A stretch of DNA of 61,319 nt, the filler included, from Welwitschia mirabilis (Eukaryota), in NCBI GenBank assembly GCA_051453625.1. It is 6 parts of one record of this genome, joined end to end, with 100 filler letters (N's around TTAATTAATTAA, not from the genome) between each part and the next. Parts side by side here need not be neighbours in the genome. Positions count along the whole stretch, not along the records: positions 12,546 to 25,571 come from JBOZIK010000001.1; 5 more parts are not named here. One strand, 5' to 3'. The position numbers and the translations under genes were made by a program. This document shows, piece after piece, positions 12,546-25,671 of the stretch. The number at the start of each line of letters is the position of its first letter. The stretch's first letter is position 1. The notes under the pieces were generated by a model. The model did no database searches and was not told the DNA's origin. It saw only the letters and a program-made list of their open reading frames with translations.

Positions 12546-13782
12546 TGGTTCCATGAAACATAAGTAATCTTCCAGTAGAGAGACCATTAGCAGGATTACT
12601 CATAGCTAAGGGTTCAGGAGTCAAGATCTGTTAGGATCTACAACTGACTCAACCTTGCTCTGATACCAAATGTAGGACAGAATCCTCGAGGGGGGAGGAA
12701 GGGAGGGGGATGAATAGGATTTATAATTTAAATATTACCCTCTAAAAAAATCACCAAAAATATTTGAGCATTTGAATTAACAGACTAAGCTATTGTTAAA
12801 TAAGATCAAATGAAGGAACATGAAAACAACTGAAAATAGAAAATACCAAAAAAGATCACTAGACACATGATTTATAGTGGTTTGGGAAACATCCGACTCT
12901 CCTTTTGACGTCAGCTTAACCTTAAGTTGATCCGAATCCTTGTTGCTTTCTTTCCAAGTTTTCCAGGTCAACATGTAACCTTTACAAACGGACTTTTCGA
13001 AGCAAAGTCTTAACCTTTATAAAGCAAAGCTTTTGGTGACAATAGTGTATCTGAATGCATTGACTCCACCAAATCTGAAATACAATAAAGTTAGAAATAC
13101 ACTATCTGAAAGCAAGTTCATAAGTCCAAGTATGCACAGTGCAATATGTTTAACCAAGATTTCAATGGGACAAAAGAGCGCTTTTTATTTTTAGTCTGTC
13201 AAAAAGCCATGTGAAGATATTGATTCATATGGCTTATATAAAAGACGGATTTTAGGGTTTACAAATGAATCTAATACTTAAGGAGAGAACAGCTAAAAAA
13301 ATAGGCTGAAAAGTTTTATTTCTGCCATGATCAATCAACCCCTTGAAGCATCCAGTCGACCCCATTGACTACTGTTACTGAAGTCGGTCAACCCCATTTT
13401 CTTCTAGTCGATCTGAGTTCTTTACGTCACTTAGTCTGGTCGACCCATCCAAAATCCAGTCAATCGCATATAGTCCAGGTCCGGTTGACCCCCTTTTTGA
13501 TCTGGTCGACCCCTTATCAACTTGATATGAAACATTTTTAGCACAGGTCCCGTCGACCCCTTGATAAATTAATCAGACAAATTTTGGTACAGGTCAGTCG
13601 ATCCCTCTGGGATCCGATTAAACCTTTATTTGTTCTATCATTTGTCAAGTTCATGTGAAGCTAGTGAAAAATGTTGGATTACGTTTGATCTGCAAGGACT
13701 ATTATTTTCTATAATAACTGCAACATATTTTGCTATACCAGATATGTTAGTTTGACATCAAATTGGAAAATATAACTTAACA
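12546..13782 (-). mobile_element. SIRE/Sirevirus-like copia 5' end: 5' LTR (12671-13782), PBS and start of gag; remainder lost at a gap
   Basis: Perfect tRNA-Met PBS on the minus strand (GCTCTGATACCA 12657-12668). LTR termini read TG...CA with the minus-strand end motif CCTATTCATCCCCC. Many GTCGACCC palindromic repeats in U3. The gag start reads MSNPANGLSTGRLLMFHGT. Confidence 0.85.
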
Positions 13783-15331
13783 ATTCTTACCTAATTCCAT
13801 AAAAGAAAGGGAAACTATGCCAGCTCAATATCAAAGCTACATTTCTTTATGGATTTAGTATGAGCAGTTAAAAAGATTTATTTAAAACCCTTAAACCTCT
13901 TCAGAATTAGATACAAAATATTAATTAAAAACTCTTTAATATCCTAATACAACAAAAGACAAGCCCATGTGGTAAGGTCGAGTATGGAAGTTGGATATTG
14001 TAATATAGATGAGACAGGTAAATACATACTAGGATTAAAAGATTTATTATGAGATCTATACATAAAGATAAAGATCTTAATTTCTTTGTTTGTAATAGTA
14101 ACAAAGAAACCAATGTTATGCGAAATGAAATTCACATGAGAGAATATGTAAGTGATGGAATTAAATATCCAATATATATTTAGATAAGTTTGAACATGAT
14201 TAGTGTGTTTCCTAAAGGTAATTTTTTCCCATCTTCCTTTCTTTATTTTTTATCCCCCACTCAAAACTTTCAAGTTTTGTTTGAGGTTGAAGCTTCATGC
14301 TATTCAAATCGAGGAGGCACAATAAGATCAAGTCAACCTAAAAAGAGGAAACATAAGTTGAGAGTTAATATTAACAAGTTCGCATATATGTTTTGTTATT
14401 AATTAAACATGTTATAAATGTTTGATGTAAATGCAAACATGTGGAAAGTCATTTAAGAGTATCTATAAAATTTAACTGTTAATTATTTGTAATTTTTCAT
14501 CATGGATACACCAAGGAATGAGCCTAATACTATTGCCTATTTGATGTAGTCTTTGTAAAGGAGAGTTGATACTCGTAGTTATTTGTAGTGGCCTCCTCAC
14601 TATAATAGTGAGCTTTTCACCTTTTCATGGGAAAAAGATGTCATGAAAATTAGTAATGATAGAACCACTAATTACTCGTTATAAGCTCATTAGGTAACTA
14701 ATGTAAGACAATGTTATCATCAGTTCAAAGGATATCGTTTCATGAAGTAATTGAGCATAAACAATTGTTTTAGTTTCACATATAATTCTTGCTTCATTTA
14801 GTACATATCATTTACAATTCTCTTTTTTGCATCTATATTTTCTAATAATAAAGCTTTCTTGTGCAACTATGCACATGTTAATGGATACATGATAACATAT
14901 ATCCTTTTATGCATAGCAATAAACAAGTGTTTATGACTTATTGAAACTTCATCTTCTTAAATTCTTATCAATCAACAAAATTTAGTTTGGAATACTCTAG
15001 AATAATGACCTCTTGTCCTCAAATGTGTTCAACAACATAATGTCGATAATGAACAATAGTAAGAATGTTGTTGCATGGACAAACAACTGAAATTGCCTTA
15101 AAAAATTACTTGAAAGTTGGACCAACTTTTTATGACCTTAATTATATGCTATTTATAAGACTTATACACTATGACGTAGAAAAATCTACAAACCATACGA
15201 AGCTTTATGAGGATACTCCTACATCATATTGATCTTGTATTATGGAATTGGTTACCATATTTCATTTTACAAATTCCTTATTTCAAATGTTTAAATAGTA
15301 TTCTAACTCGTAATCACACTTGAAGTTTAAG

Positions 15332-16730
15332 TAAAACTGAAACTAAAAGTTTATCACACCTTGAAAAAGACCTAAAGGGTCTATTGGACGAAAGTTGTGC
15401 ACATTTCAAAAAGTTCAAAAATAGGTTCAAAAAGGTATCTCAAAATTCTTGCAAGCACTTGAAAGAGTTCATATAAGCTAGGAGCATATACACTTCATTT
15501 ACATCTTAGAAAGCTTATTAAAGGACATCCAAGGACATGTTTCTCATTTTCAATAGCATTCAGTAACCATAGTTTATAAGTGTGAGTGTCCTTAAGAATA
15601 TTAGACTATGTACTATGTCAACCCCAAGCCAATGAGAGCTCATCCCGATTCAACTAATCAATGCATCAATTCTGTGTAGAAGCATGGTATCTAAATACTG
15701 TAAATCAAGTTTAGTCTGTTACCCTATGATTTCTTCTAGGCAGAATTTCTCCTTGCAAACTAGACTAAAGTTTCTAAAGCACCTCATGTGTAACCATGCG
15801 TCGAATATGTTTGGCAACACACTTCAACTCAACTAGATGAATATTTCATTTTTCCAACCATCTTTTTCCCTTCATAAAACCATCTATATCTTATGTGACT
15901 TACACTACTTTTGAGAACTTCATCTCTGTAGAACCTCAGTCTTTTGACTTTATGCAATGAAATCATATATGGCTTTTGCCTCTAGTGGAAGCATATTAGC
16001 TTCAAACAACAAAATTTCATAGGGAATATGAGTTTTAACCTTGAATTCTACCACCAATTTTTTCTTAGATCATTTATATTTGTTTTAACCATTTATCTGT
16101 TAGTTCCCATATTGTGTTATCTCTAAAGTAAACAACACTCCCAATAGTCAGAAATAGTTGCTTCCTAGCTTTCCAAGCTTAAAGCAATGCCTTCTTACAT
16201 TTCCTTTTATTGCATACAAGGTCCTTCTCCCTCATGCAATTCTTTCTTGAACATAATTATCCCATTTATAATTATGGGAATAATGGAGACCCAAGTACTT
16301 ATGATTAGCAATTATTTCCATTTGTTTGCCACAAAGCTACAAGTCATATTTTGATTTGCTGATGCCACAACACATAATTCTAGTTTGGTTAACATCAATT
16401 TTTATTTCAGTAGATGTGCGACATTCATCTAACACCTATAACATTTTCTGCATACTTATAGGTGACATTGGAATCAGAGCTACATTATCTACAAAGAGGA
16501 GGAGATTACCAAAAATATTATTTATTACAATAGAAGGTTCTCTCAATACCATTTTCAACCCATCTTTTAATTCATCAATGAAATTTTCCAAATAGTGTTG
16601 GCAAACGTGGGCATCCCTATTTAACTTTAATATGAATCTCTTTAACTCAATAACTGCTTCATATGGATTTTGAATTGTTGCAATTAATTCACAAGGGGTA
16701 CCTAGATTACCAAATTGTTACCATAGTTTA
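15332..16730 (-). mobile_element. Degenerate non-LTR retrotransposon (LINE, RTEX/RTE-like), 3' part, copy 2
   Basis: Minus-strand translation gives KLW*QFGNLG, VK*GCPRLPTLFG (cf. GVKQGCPLSPTLFG), LLLFVDN (cf. LLFADD), KYLGL and C-terminal SSHWLGV...ENEKHVLGCP. 3' hexamer tail (GTTTYA)n at 15332-15348. Confidence 0.8.
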
Positions 16731-18610
16731 TGAAACTGAAACTAAAACTAAAACTAAAACTAAGGCCTTATTACTTGTGAATCCCCAAAGGATCTATTGG
16801 ATGAGGGAAATGATTATGTCATCAAATACAAAATAGGATTTAACAATGCGGCCAAAAGCCATTATATGCAACAAGAATAACTCATAGTGTTTACTCGCAC
16901 AAATATTGGTTTTTTTTCATATATGATCCATAAAAGGACAAGCAAGATAGACATGTTCCTCTTCAAGAGATTCTAATCCACATAATCTTCATGTACGCTC
17001 TTTTTTAGGTGTGTTAATCCATTTGCCATTTTCAATCCTAAAGCAATGCAAACTTAAATCACCTCTAATATGTTCAAGATGAAATTTTCTCTTGCCTTGC
17101 ACATTTGCCCATAATTTTGTTAACACTTGTCGTTTAACTAATTCATGAATTTTCCTAAAACGGAGCTAAGTATCCTCCCAGGAGATATTCCCTTTTTTCA
17201 ATCACTGCATCCCTTAAAAATACCATCATTGTTCTTTTATGACTTCAAGAACTGCTTTAGAGAACTTCGTTTGCTCTGTTTCCATCAATTTTAAGGTACA
17301 AGCACAAAACTAAGAAATGACTTTTGCTTTAAGAGGCAGGAGATCATATTCTAATAGCACCATAGAGTAAGGCATTGGTGCTTTTACCTTCAGCTCATGA
17401 TGCAAGAATGATTTTTGAACCCTTTCAATATCTTGTCAATTTCTTTCACAAAGAGGTGGCCTCCATACAGGGTGTCCATACAAAACAAAAGGATAGACAA
17501 TGGATTAGAAGATTTGTTTTCAAACTTGACAAGCCCAAATCCCTAGTGAATTGCATTTATTTTTAATAGCATAAAAGGCTTTGATTCCACCTGTTGTTCT
17601 TTCCTTAACACATTTATTTCACCTATAGTTATTAGCAGAGAAAATACCCAAATATCTAATTGATTTCACTATTTCTATTTTTGCAACCTCAAAGTTAAAA
17701 TGAACTTGTGTGCTCCTGGTGCCCCAAATCATCATTTTTGTTTTCCTTATATTGATCGCCAATCCAGAATACATTCAAAACGTTTTCAAACTTTGAAGAA
17801 TGTTATGCATACGTGTGTTAGACATAGATATCAAAGTTGCATTGTTTACATAAAGGAGTAACTGCACTGCAAAGGATTCTATTGTAGTGGACATACTGAT
17901 GATATTCTATGCACAACCAGTATCAAAATTTATCAATGAAGAGACCAAAACAGTGTTGGGGAGAGGCGATACCCTTACAAATATTTAAATGATTGAACAC
18001 AATGTAAAGGTTTAAAACAATGAATAGTTTCACTCAAAAGGGGATGGAATGTCCCATAATAAAAAATGGTTTATTCAAAAGCTAAGATTTTTTATAAACA
18101 ATGTCAATGTTGCATGATGACGACAGGGAAGTTGAAATGTTCCAGCATTTGGTGATGCAGCTTCCTTACCATGTTGTACTTGTACATTTTTCATTGCCAA
18201 ACCTTGCAAATTTCAACAAGAAGCCATTTTTAATTTTTGTCCAGAATACCCTCATTCGTCAATGCATGACACAATTGTTCAATTGGGTTGTAAATAATTA
18301 CAAAGAACGTACTAGGATTAAATTTAACAAGAATCCTATAGTGGAATTGGACACTATAAGAGATTCCGACATGTTTCAATCAGAGGATCTTGGTTATTGG
18401 GATATTGGCAAGCAAAGGAGTCTTCAGTCAATCATTAGAAGGTGTTATAGCATCATATATCAATTTACTCCACAAAGACATTAGAAGCAAGATAAGATAA
18501 GCCATTAAGACAAGCCAAGTTTACAAGTTTAAGAGTTTTGTGTTAAGCAAAATGGATGCCAATAGTAACAAATTACCATTTCTAATTCTTGAAGCAATTG
18601 ATTGCATATG
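16731..18610 (-). mobile_element. Degenerate LINE (RTEX/RTE-like), copy 1; abuts or interrupts the RT of copy 2 and is itself cut by the Athila LTR
   Basis: Minus-strand motifs GYRLSPTLF, QLLLYVNN (cf. LLYADD), SGLAINIRKTKMM, IRYLGI and EEEHVYLACP. 3' tail of (GTTTTA/GTTTCA) x5 at 16731-16763. Confidence 0.8.
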
Positions 18611-21600
18611 TGTTAACGTGTAAAAATCGACAATTAGATCAATTGTTTTAGGCCAATTTACTGTAAATAAAGACATTAATTTAATTGTTTTAGTCATAAA
18701 ATATGCCTTCTATTGTTTTTAGAATAAAATTAAATGTTATGTTTTTTTCCATATTAAATTGTAGATATTTAGCCACTTTTGGAACACATGGTGGACAATG
18801 AACTCAATTCCGCATAAAACAATGATGGCAAATGGAGACATGAGGTGGTGACACGTAGCAAAAGCAATTGAAGACACATGGCAAAGGCATGTGGAGGTGG
18901 CATTAAAGACATGTGACAATAGCAATAGTTGATAGAGGAATTTGGCTCCAAAGGCCACATGTTGGACTCATCATGACGATGACTCTACCAAACACAACAT
19001 AAAAAAGGCTCCACCAAACGTTACTTAATGGCCTCTACCAAATGCTACAAGACAAAATCTTATGTACCTAATGCTAAATGACAAAGATTTTAACTAACGC
19101 TACAAGCCAAGAGTTGTAACCACCCCTTACCCCTATCTCACCCTATAAAAGGGCCTTGAACACTTCATTGTAGGCATCTTTGCCTTGGAGAAAATGGAAA
19201 ATTTAGAGCATCGCGTTGTGATGGCTGTCTAGGCGACTCTTTGAGGAAGCAAGCTAGTCTTTGAGGATTGCTGAGGAGTTCTTCCTGCTTCCTTCTTCCT
19301 TTGTTGTAAAGTTTTTTTTTGTTTTTGTAATGCAAAAATTGTTTTTCTTTGATCTTAATTCATGAGTAATATCATAATTAGGNNNNNNNNNNNNNNNNNN
19401 NNNNNNNNNNNNNNNNNNNNNNNNNNNNNNNNNNNNNNNNNNNNNNNNNNNNNNNNNNNNNNNNNNNNNNNNNNNNNNNNNNNNNNNNNNNNNNNNNNGT
19501 TATTTAAGATTAGAGTGTGAGTTGAATTCACTATTTATCATATGGTGTATGAGATTATTCCCCATGAATTGGACAGAAAGTATTTGATGGTTTTTATTGT
19601 TTTGCAGGAAGGCGATTGGATAACTTTGGAGTGTAAGGTTGCGAAGGACAAATCGCCGATACCTTGGAGTTGGTTTGCTTCATTATTCTTTTAGACGAAG
19701 TCTAAACCCAATTCTAAATTTCATGGTTTTTCCTCTTTTATTTTCTTTTTGTAACTTGCACTAGGATTAAAGTTAGTGCAATTCTAGCCAATACCCAATA
19801 TTATCCCTAAGGAAGAACAATACTAGGTGTTGTACTTAGTTTAAATCTAAGACATTGTACTACAAAGTTAATCAGATTTTGGTGTCGTTGCTAGGGATAA
19901 CGGCATGATAGCAGCTTAAAGAAGCACTAGTTTTTCCTTTTTGCAAGTCTTTATTTTTCTAGTAGTGGGTACTGGTCCTTCCAGTGTTATCCCAAACTAG
20001 TCCCCTTTCATTTTCTTTGTTTTTGATTTCATAACTTGTTTTCTGTAGGTTTAACGTTTCTTGCAAGTTTCTTTGGAAAGAAAGAAAACTTTAAAACTTT
20101 TCTGTTACAAAAAAAATTCTAATTGAACTTTATGATTGTGTTGCATCCTTTCCTTTTCTACTGCGTTTTCTATGTTTTTGCATGCATATAAATATTAAAA
20201 TTTTCTTAAAAATAATTTGTGATTCTCATTACATTTTACTCACGTTCGTCATTTTGCTGCATTTTTAAACGATTAAAATCTATAAAAATTTTCTCACGAT
20301 TTCACTTGATTTTATTCATGTCTTTGTTTTATTTTGTTGCGACCTCGACACTACAAACGTTCTGTCTGTTGTTTTGAACATTTTTGCAACTATCTAAACC
20401 TATCTTATGCATGACCTAGAGCCGACATAGAACAGGAAGATTAACCTAAGACAATATAGACTCCTTTACCGATCTCGAAAGGATGAGAGAACTTAGAACC
20501 CAAAACTAAGTTCATGAAGACTCTCAAAATCAAACCTCAACTGCACAAAATAACTAAAACAATCAAACAGCCTTACCACAAAATAATCCAAATGATCCAC
20601 TTGATCCCTTAGATAGAATCTTATCAAAATAAGAAATGCTCAATAGGTTACAAGCTTATTATTTCACTCAAGAAGCGACTAAACGGCAAGCTACCCTCAT
20701 GGCTACCGCAAATCAACCTAGGCAAACCCTTCGTGATTACCTCCAACTGCAAAGCTTAGGGACACCTTCTTACGTAGTACCGCCACCTATTAACCAAAGG
20801 CTAGAGTTTAAACCTTTCATTACCAACTCTTACCCCATTTTCATGGCCTTGAATCTGAAGATCCTTACTTACATCTTAAGGAATTCAAGTGTATCTAGTC
20901 AACTATCCCTCAATACCTCAACACTTATGATGCAATTAGACTTACTTTATTCCCTTTTTCCCTAAAAGAGAAGGCAAAATCCTGGTTATACACCTTGAAA
21001 CCCTTCCCCATTACAAATTGAACAGACTTGAGTAAAGCCTTTATCTCTAAGTTCTTTCCTAGTCATAAAACAAATGCCCTTAGGAAAGACATTATGAACT
21101 TCAACTGAGGGATCACGAAAACTACTCCCAGACCTTAGAAAGATAGAAAGATTTATTATTAAAATGCCCCCAACATGGTGTTGAATTGGGTAGGAAGATA
21201 AGTTTTTTTTTATGATGGATTATCCACAAATAACGACCAACTAGTGGAATTGATGAGTCATGGTAATTTCCTTAGCATGCCCCTATATGAGGTTTGGGAG
21301 TATCTAGAAAGTGTAGCTGAAAGCTCGACAATTGGGNNNNNNNNNNAGTGTCTTCAAGATTCCAGAAAACTTTAAGGTGAATAACAAAATTGATAAACTA
21401 GCAAGAAAGTTAGAATCATTAACTGCTTCATCCTTAACCTCACCTATGGTCACTAAACCTCCGTGTTTAATCTGCCATATCGACACTCACGAAACTGCTA
21501 AATGCCTATCTATCCCTTTATTTCAAAACACAGTTAATAAATAGGTAAATGCAGTAGGACAATGACAAAACCTCAAAAACAATCCACACTCAAAAACATA

Positions 21601-24600
21601 CAATGGTGTTGGCGAAATCATCCAAATCTATTGGAAACAAGACAACATTACACAACAAAATTTTCAGCCTAAAGACTCCATTTCCCTCATCTTCTAATTC
21701 TTATCCTTCATCTTGAAACCATCAAATCTCTTTGTCTAACTTGTCAGATGATACTTTTAAAAAGTTCATGGAAAGACAAGAACAAACAATTCAAAAGTTT
21801 GAATAGATCCTAAACCAATTACAATATACCACCAATCACATTGTTTAATCAATAAACCAAACAGAAATAAGGAAAACTCCCCATTAGTGCCCAACCAAAT
21901 CCAAAAGGAGTTAAATTTACGGAAGGGATAGAACACAGAAGAGACCAAGTTTATACACCTTAGGAGCAAGAAAGAGCTAAAAAATCCACCCATACAAAAT
22001 AAGCCTAAGGATAAACAAAACCCCACAGAAAATAAGGATAAGAGTGAAGACCCATTGCCTATTTATAAAGAACTATTACCCTTTCCCCAACAACATAGGA
22101 AGGAAAATATAATGAAAAAACAATTAGAGGCCCTAGAAATTTTCAAAGAAGTTAAAATAAACATTCCCCTCCCAGAAGCCATTAAACAGGTCCCTTCCTA
22201 TGCCAAATCCCTTAAGGACTTATGCAGTGTAAAAGACGAATGAATGTTAAATCTAAAGCCTTTTTAGCTCAGTAAAAAAATGTGATTCTAGAGAACCAAT
22301 TCCCATCGAAGTACAAAGACCATGGTTGTCCTACAATTACCATTACTATAAGCAACAAAACACTCAACCAAGCCTTGTTGGATTTAGGAGTCAGTGTAAA
22401 CTTACTCCTTTACAAAATCTATAAGGAGTTCGGCTTTGAAGGACTCAAAAACACAAAACTCCAGCTCCAATTAGCAATAACTCCATTAAAACACTGTTAG
22501 AAGTCATTAAGGATGTCATAGTTAGAGTGGATAGTTGTCACTCTCCAATAGATTTTGTGGTCTTAAACATCGAGAAATCATCAAACCAAACAGTGTCCAT
22601 CATATTAAGAAGACCATTCTTAGCAACCTCAAATGCCTTAATCAATTGTAGGAATGGATTAATGAAAATTTCATTCGACAACATGACCATAGAGCTAAAT
22701 ATCTTTAAGGCTATGAAGTTGCCTTTGAAAGACGAAGGGATAGAGAATATAGATAGGGTAGAAGGCCTTGTTGAGGATTAGGAATCCACTTCTCATTCTT
22801 TTGGAAATGATGAAATTGAACAATCTCAAGAAATGTGCCTCGTAACCCAAAACAAAGTTGATTTAGAACTTAAACCCTTGCCTGATGATCTGAAATATGC
22901 TTTCTTAGGGGATAACTCCAGCTTCTTGGTGGTCATAAACTCTTCCTTGAACCCGTCTAAAGAAGATCAATTACTGAGACTCTTAAGAAAGACAAACAAA
23001 CAAGAGGATGGACCCTCTCTGATATTAGAGGCATTGGCCCCAGTATTTCCATGCACCATATCTATCTAGAGGAAAATGTCAAACCATCCATTGAAGCACA
23101 ATGTAGGATAAACCCAACTATGAGGGAAATTCTTAAAAACGAGGTAATTAAACCTCTTGATAATGAGATTATCTACCTTATTTCAAATAGAAAGTGGGTA
23201 AGTATAACTCATACTGTAGCTAAGAACTTAGGAATTACCCTTGTCTCTAATGAGCGTAATGAGCTTATCCCTACCAAACCTACCATTAAATGGATGATGT
23301 GTATTGATTACAGAAAAGTAAGTGCCATTATCCTCTTCCTTTTCAAGATCAAATTTTAGAACAACTCGTAGAACACCCTTTTTACTACTTCTTGGACAGT
23401 TCCTCAGGTTACAACCATATTGAAATTGCTTTTGAAAATCAAGACAAAACCACCTTCACTTACCCCTATGGAACATTTGCTTACGAACGAATGCCTTTTG
23501 GCCTATGTAATGCACCTGCCACTTTTCAATGTTGCATGTTCAAAATCTTCTCCAAGTTATTAGATTCAGGTGTCAAAATCTTCATGGATGACTTTTCAGT
23601 CTATGGAATCTCATTTAACCATTGTTTCAGTAACTTAGAAAGTGTCCTCAAAAGATGCATTGAAAAACGCCTTGAACTCAACTAGGAAAAATGCCACTTT
23701 ATAATAAATCAAGGTATAGTTTTAGGACATGTCATTTCTAAGGAAGGAATTTAGGTAGATCCTGCTAAGATCTCATTGATCATACACCTGCCAACCCCTT
23801 AGAAACAAAAAGACATTAGATCTTTCTTAGGACATGCAGGATATTATAGGCAATTCATTAAGGATTTCAATTAAATCTCTAAACCTTTGTGTCACCTTTT
23901 AAGCAAGGATTCTTTCTTTGAATGGATTCTAAAGTGTCAAAATGCATTTGAACAACACAAAGAAAAACTAACTTCCACACCCATTATCCAACTTCCTAAT
24001 TGGAAGTTAACTTTTGAAGTTATGTGTGATGCAAGTGACTTTGCAGTAGGAGCAGTGTTAGGATAAAGAGTTGATAAAAAGCCAATTGTGGTTCCCTATG
24101 CTAATAAAACCTTAAATGACACTCAAATCAATTACATTATCACAGAGAAGGAGCTTATGGCTATTGTCTTTGCCCTTGAAAAATTTAGGCAATACTTTTT
24201 AGGATCTAAGGTAGTCATTTACACTGATCACTCAGACGTTAGATACCTTTTTGACAAAAAGGGTTTAAAATTACATCTTATTAGATGGATCCTCCTCCTT
24301 CAAGAATTTGTTTAGAGATTAAGGATAAGAAAGGATTTAATAGTGTTGTCACAGATCACCTTTCACGCATATCTCCAAATAATCTGCAAACACCTTTACG
24401 TATTGATGATACTTTTCCTGACGAACATCTCTTTTCAATCAAAGAAACATCTTGGTTTGCAGATATCGCTACTCCTTCCCACTGGACCATTAATGATAAA
24501 AAGAGGTTCTTGAGGCAAGTTAAATATTTCTTCTTGGACAACCCCTACCTTTTTAAATATTGCTTGGACCAAGCCATTCACAAATGTGTCCCTCAAACTA

Positions 24601-24919
24601 ACATTCAAGACATACTTAAACACTGCCATTCTAAGGCTTATGGGGGTCACTACTTAGCTAACAAAACTGCAACAAGAATCCTCCAACATGGTTTTTATTG
24701 GCCATCAATTTTTAAAGACCTCTGTCTTTACTATAAGTCTTGTGATAACTATCAAAGGTTAGGAAGTCTTTCTCATAGACAAATCATGCCCTTGAACCCC
24801 ATCCTTGTTGTTGAACCCTTTGACGTATGAGGAATCGATTTCCAAGGCCCTTATCCATCATCTAATGGGCATCAATACATTCTTGTTTGTGTCGATTACA
24901 TAACTAAATGGGTTGAAGC
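18611..24919 (+). mobile_element. Athila-like Ty3/gypsy LTR retrotransposon: 5' LTR 18611-19874, PBS, degenerate gag-PR-RT-RH-INT; interrupted in integrase
   Basis: LTR TGTTAAC...GTTAATCA; PBS TGGTGTCGTTGCTAGGGA (~19880), close to the Athila tRNA-Asp PBS. gag RQTLRDY; protease LLDLGVSVNL; RT MCIDYRK, GYNHI, MPFGLCNAPATFQ, FMDDF; RNase [20 protein letters not shown]; integrase H-H-C-C and GIDFQGP...[10 protein letters not shown]. Many stops and frameshifts. Confidence 0.92.
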
Positions 24920-25571
24920 TGTTGGATTATGTTTTTCCAATTGATTTCAAATTAATGTTTTCTGTAGAGCAAATTTTGTGTATTTTGTACAGAAGATGTT
25001 AAATTACTTGCAGGCTGAAAGATGGAACTAAAATGGTCAACTTCTAAGAACTAGAAACCTGTTAGTTCATTTACCCTTAAGATGGGGTCGACCAGATTTT
25101 CAAGGGGTCAACTGCACCTGAAACAGACAGAAAATGAACTGCATCCAGAGGGGTTAACCAGATTTTTGAAGGGGTAGACAGGACCTGTAATCTCGAGAAC
25201 CAGTGTTCCTGAATTGAATGGAAAGGAGTCAACCGAACCTGTATGGGGTCGACCAGAATTGAGGACCTGATAAACAGTATCCCCGGACTGAACGATAAGG
25301 GGTTGACCAAACCTATGATGGGGTCGACCAAACCTGAGCACTGTGCAGCTGATACGCCTAAGCCGATCGTCAAGGGGTCAATCAGACCTATGATGGGGTC
25401 GACCAGACTCAATGTAGAAAACTGGAAAGAAATTTTATCAAAAGAGCGGGCAACCGGATGAATAGCGGGAAACCGGAATGGAGTCGACTAGACCCAGATG
25501 GGGTTGATTAGACAGGAAGCCGTAAGAATTTGGGACGACCGAATTTCTCACTCGGACGACCTGTGTAACTA
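24920..25571 (+). mobile_element. 5' part of a SIRE-like LTR inserted into the Athila integrase; truncated by a gap
   Basis: The integrase frame breaks exactly at ...KWVEA|TGTTGG. The start TGTTGGATTATGTTTTTCCAATTGA resembles the 13782 minus-strand LTR start. Repeated GGGGTCGACC palindromes. Confidence 0.8.
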
Positions 25572-25671
25572 NNNNNNNNNNNNNNNNNNNNNNNNNNNNN
25601 NNNNNNNNNNNNNNNTTAATTAATTAANNNNNNNNNNNNNNNNNNNNNNNNNNNNNNNNNNNNNNNNNNNN

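Noticed and set aside
14400..15330. Possible third, older LINE 3' fragment
   Set aside because: Only faint similarity to the neighbouring LINE C-terminus; no motif is clear enough to call.
25080..25515. Regularly spaced GGGGTCGACC repeats (superficially CRISPR-like; similar arrays at 13330-13620 and 52150-52460)
   Set aside because: Degenerate palindromic motifs inside SIRE-type LTR U3 regions in eukaryotic DNA; no constant repeat-spacer structure or cas genes.
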